Notes under the pieces: generated by a model
Databases searched by the model: none
Told to the model about the DNA's origin: nothing
The model's input: the letters and a program-made list of their open reading frames with translations, nothing else
Origin: Welwitschia mirabilis
Taxonomy: Eukaryota
Direction: 5' to 3'
Assembly: GCA_051453625.1 (NCBI GenBank)
Contig: JBOZIK010000001.1
Coordinates: 40,932,137-40,993,008 of the forward strand
Length of the DNA: 60,872 nucleotides
Shown here: in pieces, positions 49,996-60,872 of the stretch
Layout of the letters: the number at the start of each line of letters is the position of its first letter
How positions within the stretch are numbered: position 1 is the stretch's first letter
Made by a program: the position numbers and the translations under genes

Positions 49996-51726
49996 TCTGG
50001 CTTTCTCTTGCCCTTTCGATTCATAGGTTTTTTTTTTTGCCCCCCTTGCCCACAAGTCTCTTCATTTGCTCATATTTTCCTTTTGAAGGAGTTAATTGAT
50101 CTAAAGGTAATACGAAATGGTCTCTTACCGGAAAACCGGAGCGCAGGACGTGACCGTAAAGATATTACATTGCGGAATCTGTCACACAGATCTTCATTAC
50201 TGCAGGAGTGAGTGGGGCGCATCCACGTATCCTCTTGTTCCCGGGTAAGCCTTCTCCCATATGGCCTTAACAATTCCTTCTTACAGTTGAAGATTTAAGA
50301 AGTCAATCCTAGAGTTGCAGGCATGAAATAGTTGGGGTTGTGGTGGAGGTCGGCTCCGAAGTTAAGAAATTCTCAGAGGGAGAACGCGTAGGAATAGGAG
50401 CCATAGTAAACAGCTGCCAAGAATGCGAGATATGTCAGAGAGGTTTACAGCAATACTGTTCTAAGATTGTTATTGCCACCAACTCCTTTGATACCGACGG
50501 TTCTCCCACTTACGGGGGCTTCTCTGATCTTATTGTCTGCAATTGCAAGTTACGTACTCAATTCTGTACGTCTCATAGTATTTATCCGAAAGTCTATACG
50601 TTTTACAGTATTTTTCTGCAATCTTCTGTCAAAAATTAGTGCATCTTATTGGACTAATCTTTTCATTTTTTTGTTAGTTAATTCCTAATTCAATGTACTA
50701 GACTTATCTTTTTAGTATTTCTGTTAGTTCAGTCGGTTTTAAAGATTTAATTATATAGAATTTTTTTGTTAATGGTGAGAGTTTTTTCAAGAAGTTTATT
50801 AGCAGGCTAGCTATATATATATAACCTGCACCTAGTGTAAGCATTCATTCGAGGCAATAAAATTTCCATTCTCCAGCTCTTTCCTTTTATAATACTCCTC
50901 TGTTTTTTTTGGTTATCTTCTTGCATTTTGTAAGAATGATGGAACTGAGAGATTCTTCTTTTGCAGATATGTCGTGAAGATACCTGAAAATTTGGCATCC
51001 GACGAAGCGGCACCTTTGCTTTGTGCGGGGATNNNNNNNNNNNNNNNNNNNNNNNNNNNNNNNNNNNNNNNNNNNNNNNNNNNNNNNNNNNNNNNNNNNN
51101 NNNNNNNNNNNNNNNNNNNNNNNNNNNNNNNNNNNNNNNNNNNNNNNNNNNNNNNNNNNNNNNNNNNNNNNNNNNNNNNNNNNNNNNNNNNNNNNNNNNN
51201 NNNNNNNNNNNNNNNNNNNNNNNNNNNNNNNNNNNNNNNNNNNNNNNNNNNNNNNNNNNNNNNNNNNNNNNNNNNNNNNNNNNNNNNNNNNNNNNNNNNN
51301 NNNNNNNNNNNNNNNNNNNNNNNNNNNNNNNNNNNNNNNNNNNNNNNNNNNNNNNNNNNNNNNNNNNNNNNNNNNNNNNNNNNNNNNNNNNNNNNNNNNN
51401 NNNNNNNNNNNNNNNNNNNNNNNNNNNNNNNNNNNNNNNNNNNNNNNNNNNNNNNNNNNNNNNNNNNNNNNNNNNNNNNNNNNNNNNNNNNNNNNNNNNN
51501 NNNNNNNNNNNNNNNNNNNNNNNNNNNNNNNNNNNNNNNNNNNNNNNNNNNNNNNNNNNNNNNNNNNNNNNNNNNNNNNNNNNNNNNNNNNNNNNNNNNN
51601 NNNNNNNNNNNNNNNNNNNNNNNNNNNNNNNNNNNNNNNNNNNNNNNNNNNNNNNNNNNNNNNNNGTACCGCTTTGTACTCGACAGTCAAGGCAGCTTCG
51701 GTAAACGATCGGAAGCCGTCGCTTGA
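49993..51726 (+). pseudogene. CAD: Cinnamyl alcohol dehydrogenase (CAD-like, zinc-dependent MDR family); 5'-truncated, probable pseudogene, partly in an assembly gap
   Basis: Exon-1 remnant SSGFLLPFRF (49993-50026). Exon 2, 50131-50244: [17 protein letters not shown]...YPLVPG. Exon 3, 50321-50548: HEIVG...SCQECEIC...QYC...DGSPTYGGFS. Exon 4 from 50967: KIPENL...AAPLLCAG. C-terminus YRFVLD...TGA at 51726. No start codon is visible, and the exon-2 acceptor reads CG. Confidence 0.88.
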
Positions 51727-52149
51727 GAGTCTTCAACTTCAAGCGATGGATTTTCTTGAACATTCATTGCCTTCATAGATGCTAAAGAATCTGCCCGACG
51801 AGAAAGAGCACATTGACCTGTAGGCATGTAATTTTTATATCAGTTCTAAAAGCCTTGCTAATGTTATTGAAACGTATGTACTCTATAGGTTAGTTCATAG
51901 ATTGGGGAAATATTGAATAGTATACAGTATTCTACTAAGTATAAAAGTGTTTAGTACCACCAATACTTTTTTTTTCAAATACTTTTTTGGATATCAAAAA
52001 TAAGTAACCCCAACTATATTTAACAGTAAGGGTTTGACTATGCAAAAGAACGAATGTATTTGTGTTAAGATTTTATTTTGATAGTGGAAAGAATGTCGAT
52101 TTGAATATAGGAATAATAGATTTTAAAGGATGGCACACACTTTGCACTA

Positions 52150-53950
52150 TACCCCTAATTTTATAACCTTCTAGCTTAGCATGTAAATGTTTCATTAAGA
52201 TCGCCATGTAGAAACATAGTTTTAATGTTCATTTGTTCAAGTTCAAAGTCATAAATGGTTATTATGAACAAAAAGGATCTTCTGGATGTAACCAACTAGA
52301 GAGGATCTCATCATAGTCGATTCTATAATTGTGAGAATAGTTGTTGGGTATAAGACGTGCCTTACACTATACCTTTCTACCACCATGTTTTAGTTTCTTC
52401 TTATACACCCACTTGCATATGATTGATTTTCTTTCTTGAAGAAGATCAACCACTTCCAAATTTATTTTTGTGTATAGAAGAAATTTCCTCATTCATTGCA
52501 TATTTCTTAGCTTTGCAATTTATGAATACAAAAGCTTCTTTATATGAAGATGGTTCATCATTAATGATTAAAATATAATCATTAAAATAAGCAAGTAATC
52601 TCCTATCTCAACTTAATCTTCTAACAGTTAGTAAGTTATCTTCTTTCTCAATTAAGATTTCATCCATCCTCTTCTTTGCTCGACTCTTCTTGTTATCTTG
52701 GTCTTATTCATCCTATTGGCTAGGGATAATATCCTCCTACCAAGAGAGGACGAACTTTTAAATTAATTTTATTATCAAGATCAAAAGTAATAGTTTCAAG
52801 AGTTACATCATCGCAGTATTGCTCCTACATGGTTTCCATCTTTTTGTAAAAATGACATGTTGGAGACACATAATACTTTTAGTACCTTAGCTATAAAGCT
52901 TGTAAGATTTTATGTCATGATTGTAGCCAAGAAAAATACACCTATTAGACTTCAAGTATTATATCTACCCTAACCTTCATATTAGAACACTCTTAGATGA
53001 GATAAGTTAACCGGTTTCCAACTCCACGCTTTTTCAAGTATATTTCCATCAAGTGCTGATGACAGTAATCTATTTATTAGTTAACATACAGTCATAACAG
53101 CTTCTGCCCAAAAGCATTTTTCAAGCCTTGCTTTACTTAGTATACATTTGGCTCATTACATCAGTGTTTTGTTAGGTTGTTCTAAAACTTCCTTCTTCTC
53201 TAGAGTTCCTAGAATCGTCTTCTACCATTAAATACCATGATTTTTAAAAAATTCATTAAAAAATTGAACAATATTTACACCAGTATTAGACTTAAGAATC
53301 ATTTTTTTATTTTTATTTTCTAGTTTGATTCTTAATGAGATCTTAAACTCTTAAATTTTGAAAACACTTTAGATTGTGTTTAGAAAATACATCTCAATCC
53401 TTCTTGAAAAATCATCAGTAAAGAAGGTATAATACATTGCTCCTCCAAGGAAGCTTACATGCATATTGCTAACTAGTTCACATACGTTACTATGTCTTAG
53501 CTCAAAAGTTTGATTTGCCCTAGCAATACTTTTCTAAAAAATACAACGCTTTTGCTTCTCATTAAGCAATGATTATAAAAGTCCAAATAATTATTAGAAA
53601 TATTGATTATACGTCTACTACCAAATATCTCAAGTCTCCTTTCTTCAAGGTGATGCATCCTTCTATGCCATTATTCCATATATACTCCACATATAAAATA
53701 GAAAAAGTGCTTTTTTTTTTTGCTTTACAGAACCTTGACTTGTAGTTGGTAGAGGTTTGATTCTTTAATTAGAGAAGCTAATGTTGTTTATTCATATCGG
53801 ACCCATCATCCTTAAGTGTAATTAATGGATATGTTTATTTTTGAAATAGGTCTTGTTTTCTCGTAATGTTAAATATTTGTTTTTATTTTGTCCATTATTG
53901 ATTTTAATGTTGAATTTAAAAGTACCACGTTTCTTCTGCCATTAAAACTA
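52150..53950 (-). mobile_element. Ty1/copia remnant (GAG-pre-integrase, integrase, RT start)
   Basis: Minus-strand WHRRMHHL (~53655-53680), YYTFFTDDFSR, FWAEAVMTVC and CKWVYKKK...KARL. Many stops. Confidence 0.75.
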
Positions 53951-56679
53951 GATATGTAAGGTTGGGTATGAACCATTAATGTAGAACTAAGTTTGAAATG
54001 TTAATGTTTCAATACTTTAATTAACCAAAACATTTGAAATTCAGTAAGGTCTTCCAAAAGATTGTGCTACATATATAAGACCCCTAAGAAATTTTGTTGG
54101 AATGCAAATAAGATCTAGGAGCATATATGAATTAATGCAAATGTAAATTAGAAAGTTTATCGAAGTCTTTTGATTCTAAAGTAGCAATCAACAATCATGA
54201 GTGTATTTTATGTTGAAATTATACAGAAACACAATTATTCAAGTGTGTTAAATTTGGGTCTAATTGACTTTAATTATTCTAATGAATAATTGCAATTTAG
54301 AAATTTCAAATGCTAATCGACATGTCAACTCAATAGAATGAAAATTACCTATTTTCAAATTCCAAAAATTTTGAAGATACCTCAGAAATCTATTATACTA
54401 TTGAAACCAGTAAGAAGAAATCAAATTCTTAGAAATTGGATTCTGAAGAATTAAATTTGAAAACTATTACTCCTTAAAAAAGGAAATTATAAAGGATTTT
54501 TTTGGATGTTAATTAAAGTTAGCCTATCGATCGGAGCTTGTGTGGGGTGTATAAAGATTTCCCATGAGCATATTGTATCCATTGAGCAAATATAGGTTCA
54601 ATCAATATTTGTTTTCGGGACGGGAATATACGACCATGCTTCAGATAACTGAGCTGAGAAAAATACAATGAAGTAATAGCCAAATCTTTAAAATTACAAG
54701 ACCTGAATTTAGCCAGTAGAAATGGATGTAAGAATCGTATACATAAAGATTATTATGACAGTAAGACAAAGGTCGCATGGGATTTCAAGAAAAACGTATG
54801 CTAAGTTTTAATAGAAGAAAAACCTTTAATTTCGAATGCCACCTCTTTGATTATAGTTGTGGGCGTTTCCGCTTTACGGAGGCTCTTTCTGATTCTCCGT
54901 TCTGGCGTTTTTCGCTTTTTTTGGCTGTGCCGTTGCTTCCCTCCATGACAAATTCGCTCCCCTGTTTTCACTGTGCTCTTCTCTGTCCGTTTCCGTGTCT
55001 CCTCGATTTGCGTCGTCTGTGGATGCGCTCTCTATTCTTTGAATGCTCCCGCTGCGTTACCATGTTTCCTCTTGCATCGTTGTGTCTCTTCTGAAAAATG
55101 CCGTTGTCTATTGGCGTTCTTCTTTGTGTCTCCGTTTGGCTGTGTTTGATTTGAATGTCGTTTTTTCTTCTGTGCATGTCTCGATGTGTCTCTGATCCTC
55201 TGCCGTATTCCTTCTGATGCGCGTCTGTGTGTTTCTCTAGTGCACGTCTTCTCGTCATTTTTCGGATGGTCTTCCTCTGTGATCCTACTGCCGATTTCTA
55301 ATGGCGTCCCTTTTCTAGCGTTGTCTGCTGTTGCTCCTTCTGACGTCTCTTGGTTGTGGCATTCTTCGCCATTTTGCTCCTCTCTCCTGCGTTTTCTATT
55401 GTGATGATATTGTACTTCTCCACCGCTTCGCTGCTTCTTGTCACTGCTCTTTTTGAATACTATTCTCTAACGTGCTTTTTCGGTCTTGCACAGCGCTTTT
55501 CTGCTGTTTTTCAGGCATCCTATGCTTCTTTTTCCCTTTGATTCGTGCCTTCTATGCGGATCCCTCTTCTTTCGATGAATGTATCTCTGTTATTCGTTGA
55601 CGCACTTCCAGCTATTTTCGCCTCCCCCATGTTCTTTCTTTTTTGCTTTCTCTCTCTCTTTCTTTCTTTTTTTTTTTTTTTTTTGGGTGTCCGCCGTGAT
55701 TGGAGCGAAAAAGCGAGCAACGATAGAGGCGTTTTGGAGATGCATTGTGCTTTGGCTTTCAGATGCATTGTGCTTTGCATTTGAATTCGGCTGAATATCT
55801 GAATGGCTTGTGCTGGCTTTAATCAGATGGATTACCTCATGAGCCTGTACAGTCTCTGAATCCACATCCTGCCTTTTTTCGTTTCCAATTTCTTTGTTGT
55901 TCAAGATTGTCAATATCAATTTCCTCCGGTCTGCCAACCACCTCTGCTGGTTCATGATTTTGAGGCACTTCGCCGGTTTCTTTGAAGTCCTTTGCTCGAT
56001 CGCCAATGTCAACTCCTTTTTCATTTTGCTTTTCATTTTAGTTGTCATTGAATGAAGCCATTGAATTGCTATCATTTTAGTTGTCATTAGGAGTCGAAGT
56101 CTCTCTAGGGTTTATAAGCTTAACAATTAATTTGTAATTACTGTTAGCATCTATCCTCTTATCGGATGCATCACTGTTTTGTAATGCCTTCTCACATGCT
56201 GCTTTGTTACCCCCAATTATCTTTCCGGGGCCCCCATCTCTCTGGTTTCCTGTCTTGCTAGAACTTAAAATTCTGTTACTCGACTTTCTGTGGCAAGAGC
56301 CTGAATTTGAACATTCAACAGTCATAGAACTTGCCGTGGAACTCCTTGCATCTTCTTTCAAAGCTGAAGCAGAAACCTTCAAAGGTTCACTTGACCGTGA
56401 GTGACTATTATTTGAGACTGACTAGAACCACTGCTTTTCTTCTCCTTAATTGAAGTGAGTGGGAAGTCGGTGGTGCTAGAAGAAACGGCATTCTTCGAAT
56501 GAGAATATTTGAGCTGACTGTAGAAGAATGTAATGTTGAAATCTTGGATGCCTAAGGAGATTGTGCTCTCTTTCTTAAATGCCATCAGCCAGTAGCAATA
56601 ATCTCCAAATTACCATCGAATTGAGGGCGTTGGTAATGCGTGTGTGTGAGGTATTTGATGTTTAAATATGAGGGCATGA

Positions 56680-57350
56680 TAAAATTTAAATGGTAATAAG
56701 AGGTCTTGAAAATATGTGTCTATAGTTTCCACCTATATGATATATTAACTGCTAAGATTTTCATTTTGCACCGCTGACATTTGAATAGCTCATATAATCC
56801 TACATTGTTTAATTCACTAACCGAGAGTAAGCTTTTGGTAAGTTTAGGGACATGGGAAACATTAGGGATGGTTCTTACTCTCCTATTACTAAATTATATT
56901 CCAACTTTTTCATACTTTACAACTTCATAAAGTTTATCATGACTAGCTTCTATGACACGAAGATTATATGTTCCCTATTTACAACACCACTCCACATGTG
57001 GATTGTAATGAAAAGAAGCACCCAAGTCAACATACCAAACATCTACTTTAGAATTACAAGAAAAACTTTTAAATTACAAAAAGAAGTCACCACACATCCT
57101 CTTCACTATTGTGGAGTTTATCTACTCTATTTGTAGCATTATTTTCAACATGTTTCTCTTTCACGGGAGAAGTATAATGTCTCTTTACATGATCAATCTT
57201 GCCACAATCTACTACTCAAGGTTTTACTTGGTTTAATTTTCAATTGGGTTTTATTACAACTATACTTTTTCAAATAACTCTTAGCTAATAATACATCATT
57301 GTGCAAAGAAACTAAAGTTTTTCTTCACATTTCTTTAGATAATAGTTTAG
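56680..57350 (-). mobile_element. Ty1/copia gag zinc-knuckle / protease remnant
   Basis: Minus-strand CGKIDHVKR (~57180-57210), WYVDLGASFH (~57010-57040) and VSHVPKLTKSLLSVSEL (~56810-56860). Confidence 0.75.
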
Positions 57351-57394
57351 TAACTACATCTTTAAAATTAAGATTAGAAGGTGTATTGCTAGTG

Positions 57395-58150
57395 GATCAT
57401 TGAATTTAGAGGGGACGAATGAATGAGTTCCAAATAAGAACATGTACTATGAACAAACATTAACATCTTTTAGAAATTAAAGAATGCAAAACAAAAATTG
57501 GAAATCTCATTGATTTAATGTGATTTCCAAACCTAGGTACTCCACACTTAGAGAGTCAAATTTAGCACATGCTAGATCGTTGCTACTTATCACAAAAACC
57601 TTGGCCTTTAGGTTATCACTAACGTCAAAAGATTGAGTGTAAAGTATTTCTCCTTATAACATAGCCCACTCGACCCCTCAGGGTTTAGAAACGCAACACA
57701 GGTATTTCTTTGAAGAACACACCACATTGCCTCATCTTGTATAGTTAGAACTTAGAATTCAACTTGGACCTAACAATGTGCAAGCCTCTTAAAAAGTAAA
57801 AGACAAGTGAATACAATATATGGAACTACAAAGATTTTTATACAATTAAATATTTTACCTCTTAAGTGTTCTTCGTTGTAGTAGAAATACAAACATTAAT
57901 AAAAACTACGTAAACATCTAGCATCGTTCTTTCAAAGGGATAATAGGATAAGCCTAGCAAAAGTAACATGAAATTGTCAATCCTTCAATAAAATTAAAAC
58001 AATAAAAAGTCAAGTTTGAGATTTTGTTGAAGTTTGATTGCTCATGTAGGTAAATGAATGAGTTCTAAAGTTCTAGCTCGACTTGTTCAACAATAAACCT
58101 TCACTCCAATGATATCCTATAATATTATTGAAATATAAGCTCAAATTATC
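57395..58150 (-). mobile_element. Possible decayed copia (SIRE-like) LTR
   Basis: TAGAGGGGACGAATG and GATTTAATGTGATTTCC...TACTCCACAC resemble motifs I recall from the reverse strand of SIRE-type LTR ends. Boundaries are uncertain. Confidence 0.3.
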
Positions 58151-58200
58151 AAGTTGTGATGGCTTGAGGTGTGATGCTATAATCACATTCACCAAATGAG

Positions 58201-60872
58201 TGTTGGCGAATTCAATAGTCACTTTGGTCCTTCATAGCGCTTCATAAACATAGAAACTAAGGACAACTATACGTAAGATCCATAATATGATAGGAAGTAT
58301 AACCAATAAGATAACTTAAAGAATTCACTTGGTATTATTAGAAGTTGATAACGCAATCTCACTTAAGGATTAAAAGTACCAAGTTACATACACTAGAAAT
58401 TAAAGAATAAACAACTACGTTTTATATTAAATAAGAAATAATCTCACACAAGGATTAAAAGTATGAGATTGCGTGCATTATAAATTGAAGAATGAATAAC
58501 TTATTCTTATATTAAAACAAGAAAATACATTACATCATAGGAGGAAGATGAAGTTAATACAAACTTCTCAAACTAGCCTGGAACAAGTCTCCAAGTATTC
58601 TATTACATTTTCTCAACCAATGATCCCTTTTCAATGAGGTCAAAGCCCTTTTATAGACAAAGAAAGGGTTAAGAACCTTTGATTTGTAGTGGTCAGTGAC
58701 AGTTACAATGAGGAGGATTACACTTTAAGTAGTTACATTTTGGGAGGTTACATTTTTCGTTATGTATCTTTTAGGAGAATTCTCTCTCTGTTCTTCTTCT
58801 TCTTCTTTTTTTTCTTTTGTTTTTTTTTGTGAAAGTGGTGATGGCAGGCCTATGGATGATGCTGCTATTGCTATATGTCTTTCACATCATCATATTCATC
58901 ACTACCACATGTTGCTACCACATGTCACTTTGCTCCTCCACCATGTGTCATTAAATTTGATAGCTATTTCTAATTTGATTTTTGATTAATCCCACAAGTG
59001 GATTTTGATCAATGTGCCATGATAAATTCAGAACATAGCTTTTGCAGTATTTCTCTCTAAAGAACCAATGACATTAATGACTTGGATGACGACACTAGCA
59101 TTTTCTCTTAGATGTTCTTCACTTTTTAAGATTTTCTTCAAAAAGTAGCAAGTAACCTAAAACTATCAGGGGAAAGTTTATAATTTCATAAAACATGCTA
59201 AAAAGGGTAGAAGACATAATTTTATGATAAAATAATTATTTTAATGCCTTCTCCTATGTTAAATTGGTCAAATAAACTTGGTCTAAATGTTAATTTTTGC
59301 ATGTAAACACATCTCCTAACTAGACTTTTGCTAGACTATTAGCAAAGAGTTGATCAAGAAATGATCAACACGGAAAAATTATCTTAGGAAAATATGCAAG
59401 TATGAAAATGATATAACTTTATAAAATTTTTGATTAATTTTTAAAAATAAAACATCAAAATTAGAAAATTCTTAAAAATAGATGCCATATCCCCTGATCA
59501 AAAATGAACTTTTTCCTTAAAAGATAGAAAATTTCATACAAATTTTGAGAACATTCCAATTACATGACTTTTAATACTACATTCTAGAAAAATACTTCAA
59601 TGCAACATACTATCATGTGAAACAAAAACTATAATGCATAAAATCCTAAAGCAAAGATACTCTTAGAAATAATGATCAATCACTTGTTTTGAAAGTTAGG
59701 ATTATTATGAAGGTGAAGAGAATGGGACTAAATGTGAAAATGAAAAAATAAAGGTAAACCGTGATGGTAAGAAATGGATTATAGTCAGTTTCTAGAAAAT
59801 TTTAGGAGCGATAGAAAATCTGAAAATATTATAAAGGAGATGGGTAATGTTGAAGAGGAGTTTGGAAGTGAAAACTGAAAAATGGATGATGACGACTAGG
59901 ACTAGGGGTGATGCTGACTATTTTGGAATTCTGCAAGTGAAATTGTATGATGTGGTTTATTAGTCAAAATGATAATTTTTAGTATTACAGTCTAAAATCA
60001 ATGTTGAATGAAATAAATAGAACAAGGATGGGATGTAAATTTGCACTGCATGATGAAAAATCATTATGATTAAAACTTCTATATATAATGTATGATAATA
60101 AAAATTAATAGTAATCCAAAACATATGAATGCAAAAGACAAAAATACCTCAGATACTTGCCACTTGATTGAAATTTTTGTGAATGCTACGTATGACTTTA
60201 ATGGATCAAAATGTCAAACAAATAAGATATTCATTAAGTACACTTGTAAAAATTCAAAACTTAGTACGTAAATTCTTAAGTACACAAGTTAAGAAAAGTA
60301 AACATAAAAAGTATCTTCAAATCCCATATTTTGTTTTCATAATTTGTCTTTTCTATAATCACACATGTTTCCTTTTCAAACATTTGGACCAGATTGAGCA
60401 TTTAATGTTATGACATTTTCTTTCAACAAAATTAAGTATGTTGTTTCTTAAAGAAATCAGTGCTACATTACTAGTGAGAATCTATAGCTCAATGCAATTG
60501 ATCATGTCATAAATAGATCATTAGAGTTACATTACCAATACGCGCACATAGCCATGACGTAGTTAACTAAACTTAATTAGTTGATCATAATAAGATGTTC
60601 TTTTGGAAAATAGATATTTTATTTTTTAATTCTTCCTCTGGTATTTAATATTTTAGTTTTATACACATAAGAAAGGCATAGATTTATTAGCCTAATAAAG
60701 AAAGATCTTATTCCTATAAAATGCTTCAAAAAAAAAAAAACATAGTATAAAGGTAGATTCCACTTTTTAAGCCATATTTTTCAAGTTAGAGACATCAAGT
60801 GAAACTAACCTTAACAAGATAACTAAAAAGTAAGCATGATCTTTTCTTGAAAATTACAAGTAAGCTTAAATT
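58201..60872 (-). mobile_element. Second Athila-type family: 3' LTR (58201-59309), PPT and 3' non-coding region running off the window
   Basis: The minus strand reads TTTGCTAATAGTCTAGCAAAAGTCTAGTTAGGAGATG-TGTTT, resembling the conserved Athila pre-PPT/PPT block. The LTR ends CGCCAACA at 58201. Confidence 0.6.

Overview
AT-rich, gap-containing nuclear DNA of a land plant, mostly decayed transposable elements with CpG/CHG-depleted sequence. I see no prokaryotic features, CRISPR arrays or rRNA. Left to right: (1) 1-12.8 kb, three copies of one Athila-type Ty3/gypsy family that appears to carry only gag+protease, one nested tail-to-tail in another, plus an older integrase remnant and a CACTA-like end. 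(2) 14.3-16.9 kb, a four-exon patellin gene (acidic N-terminus, CRAL-TRIO/Sec14, GOLD) with a 12 x 33-bp coding repeat containing a single in-frame TAA. (3) A LINE remnant, a decayed tRNA gene and a Tat/Ogre-type gypsy element. (4) 29.5-42 kb, a mosaic of intron-containing host-gene fragments (ABCG/PDR, two TOPLESS copies, an unidentified exon) ending in a CACTA-type terminus, i.e. a candidate Pack-CACTA. (5) Copia remnants, then a TRIM fused into exon 1 of a cinnamyl alcohol dehydrogenase gene that also has a mutated splice acceptor. (6) More copia remnants, an unexplained CpG-rich island with a broken ORF, and an Athila-type 3' LTR. I cannot support a wholly new biological system. The best leads are the gag-PR-only family with its recurring hairpin motif, the gene-capturing CACTA mosaic, the patellin stop and the TRIM-associated CAD lesion. 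All calls come from reading motifs by eye, and TE boundaries are approximate unless termini are quoted.
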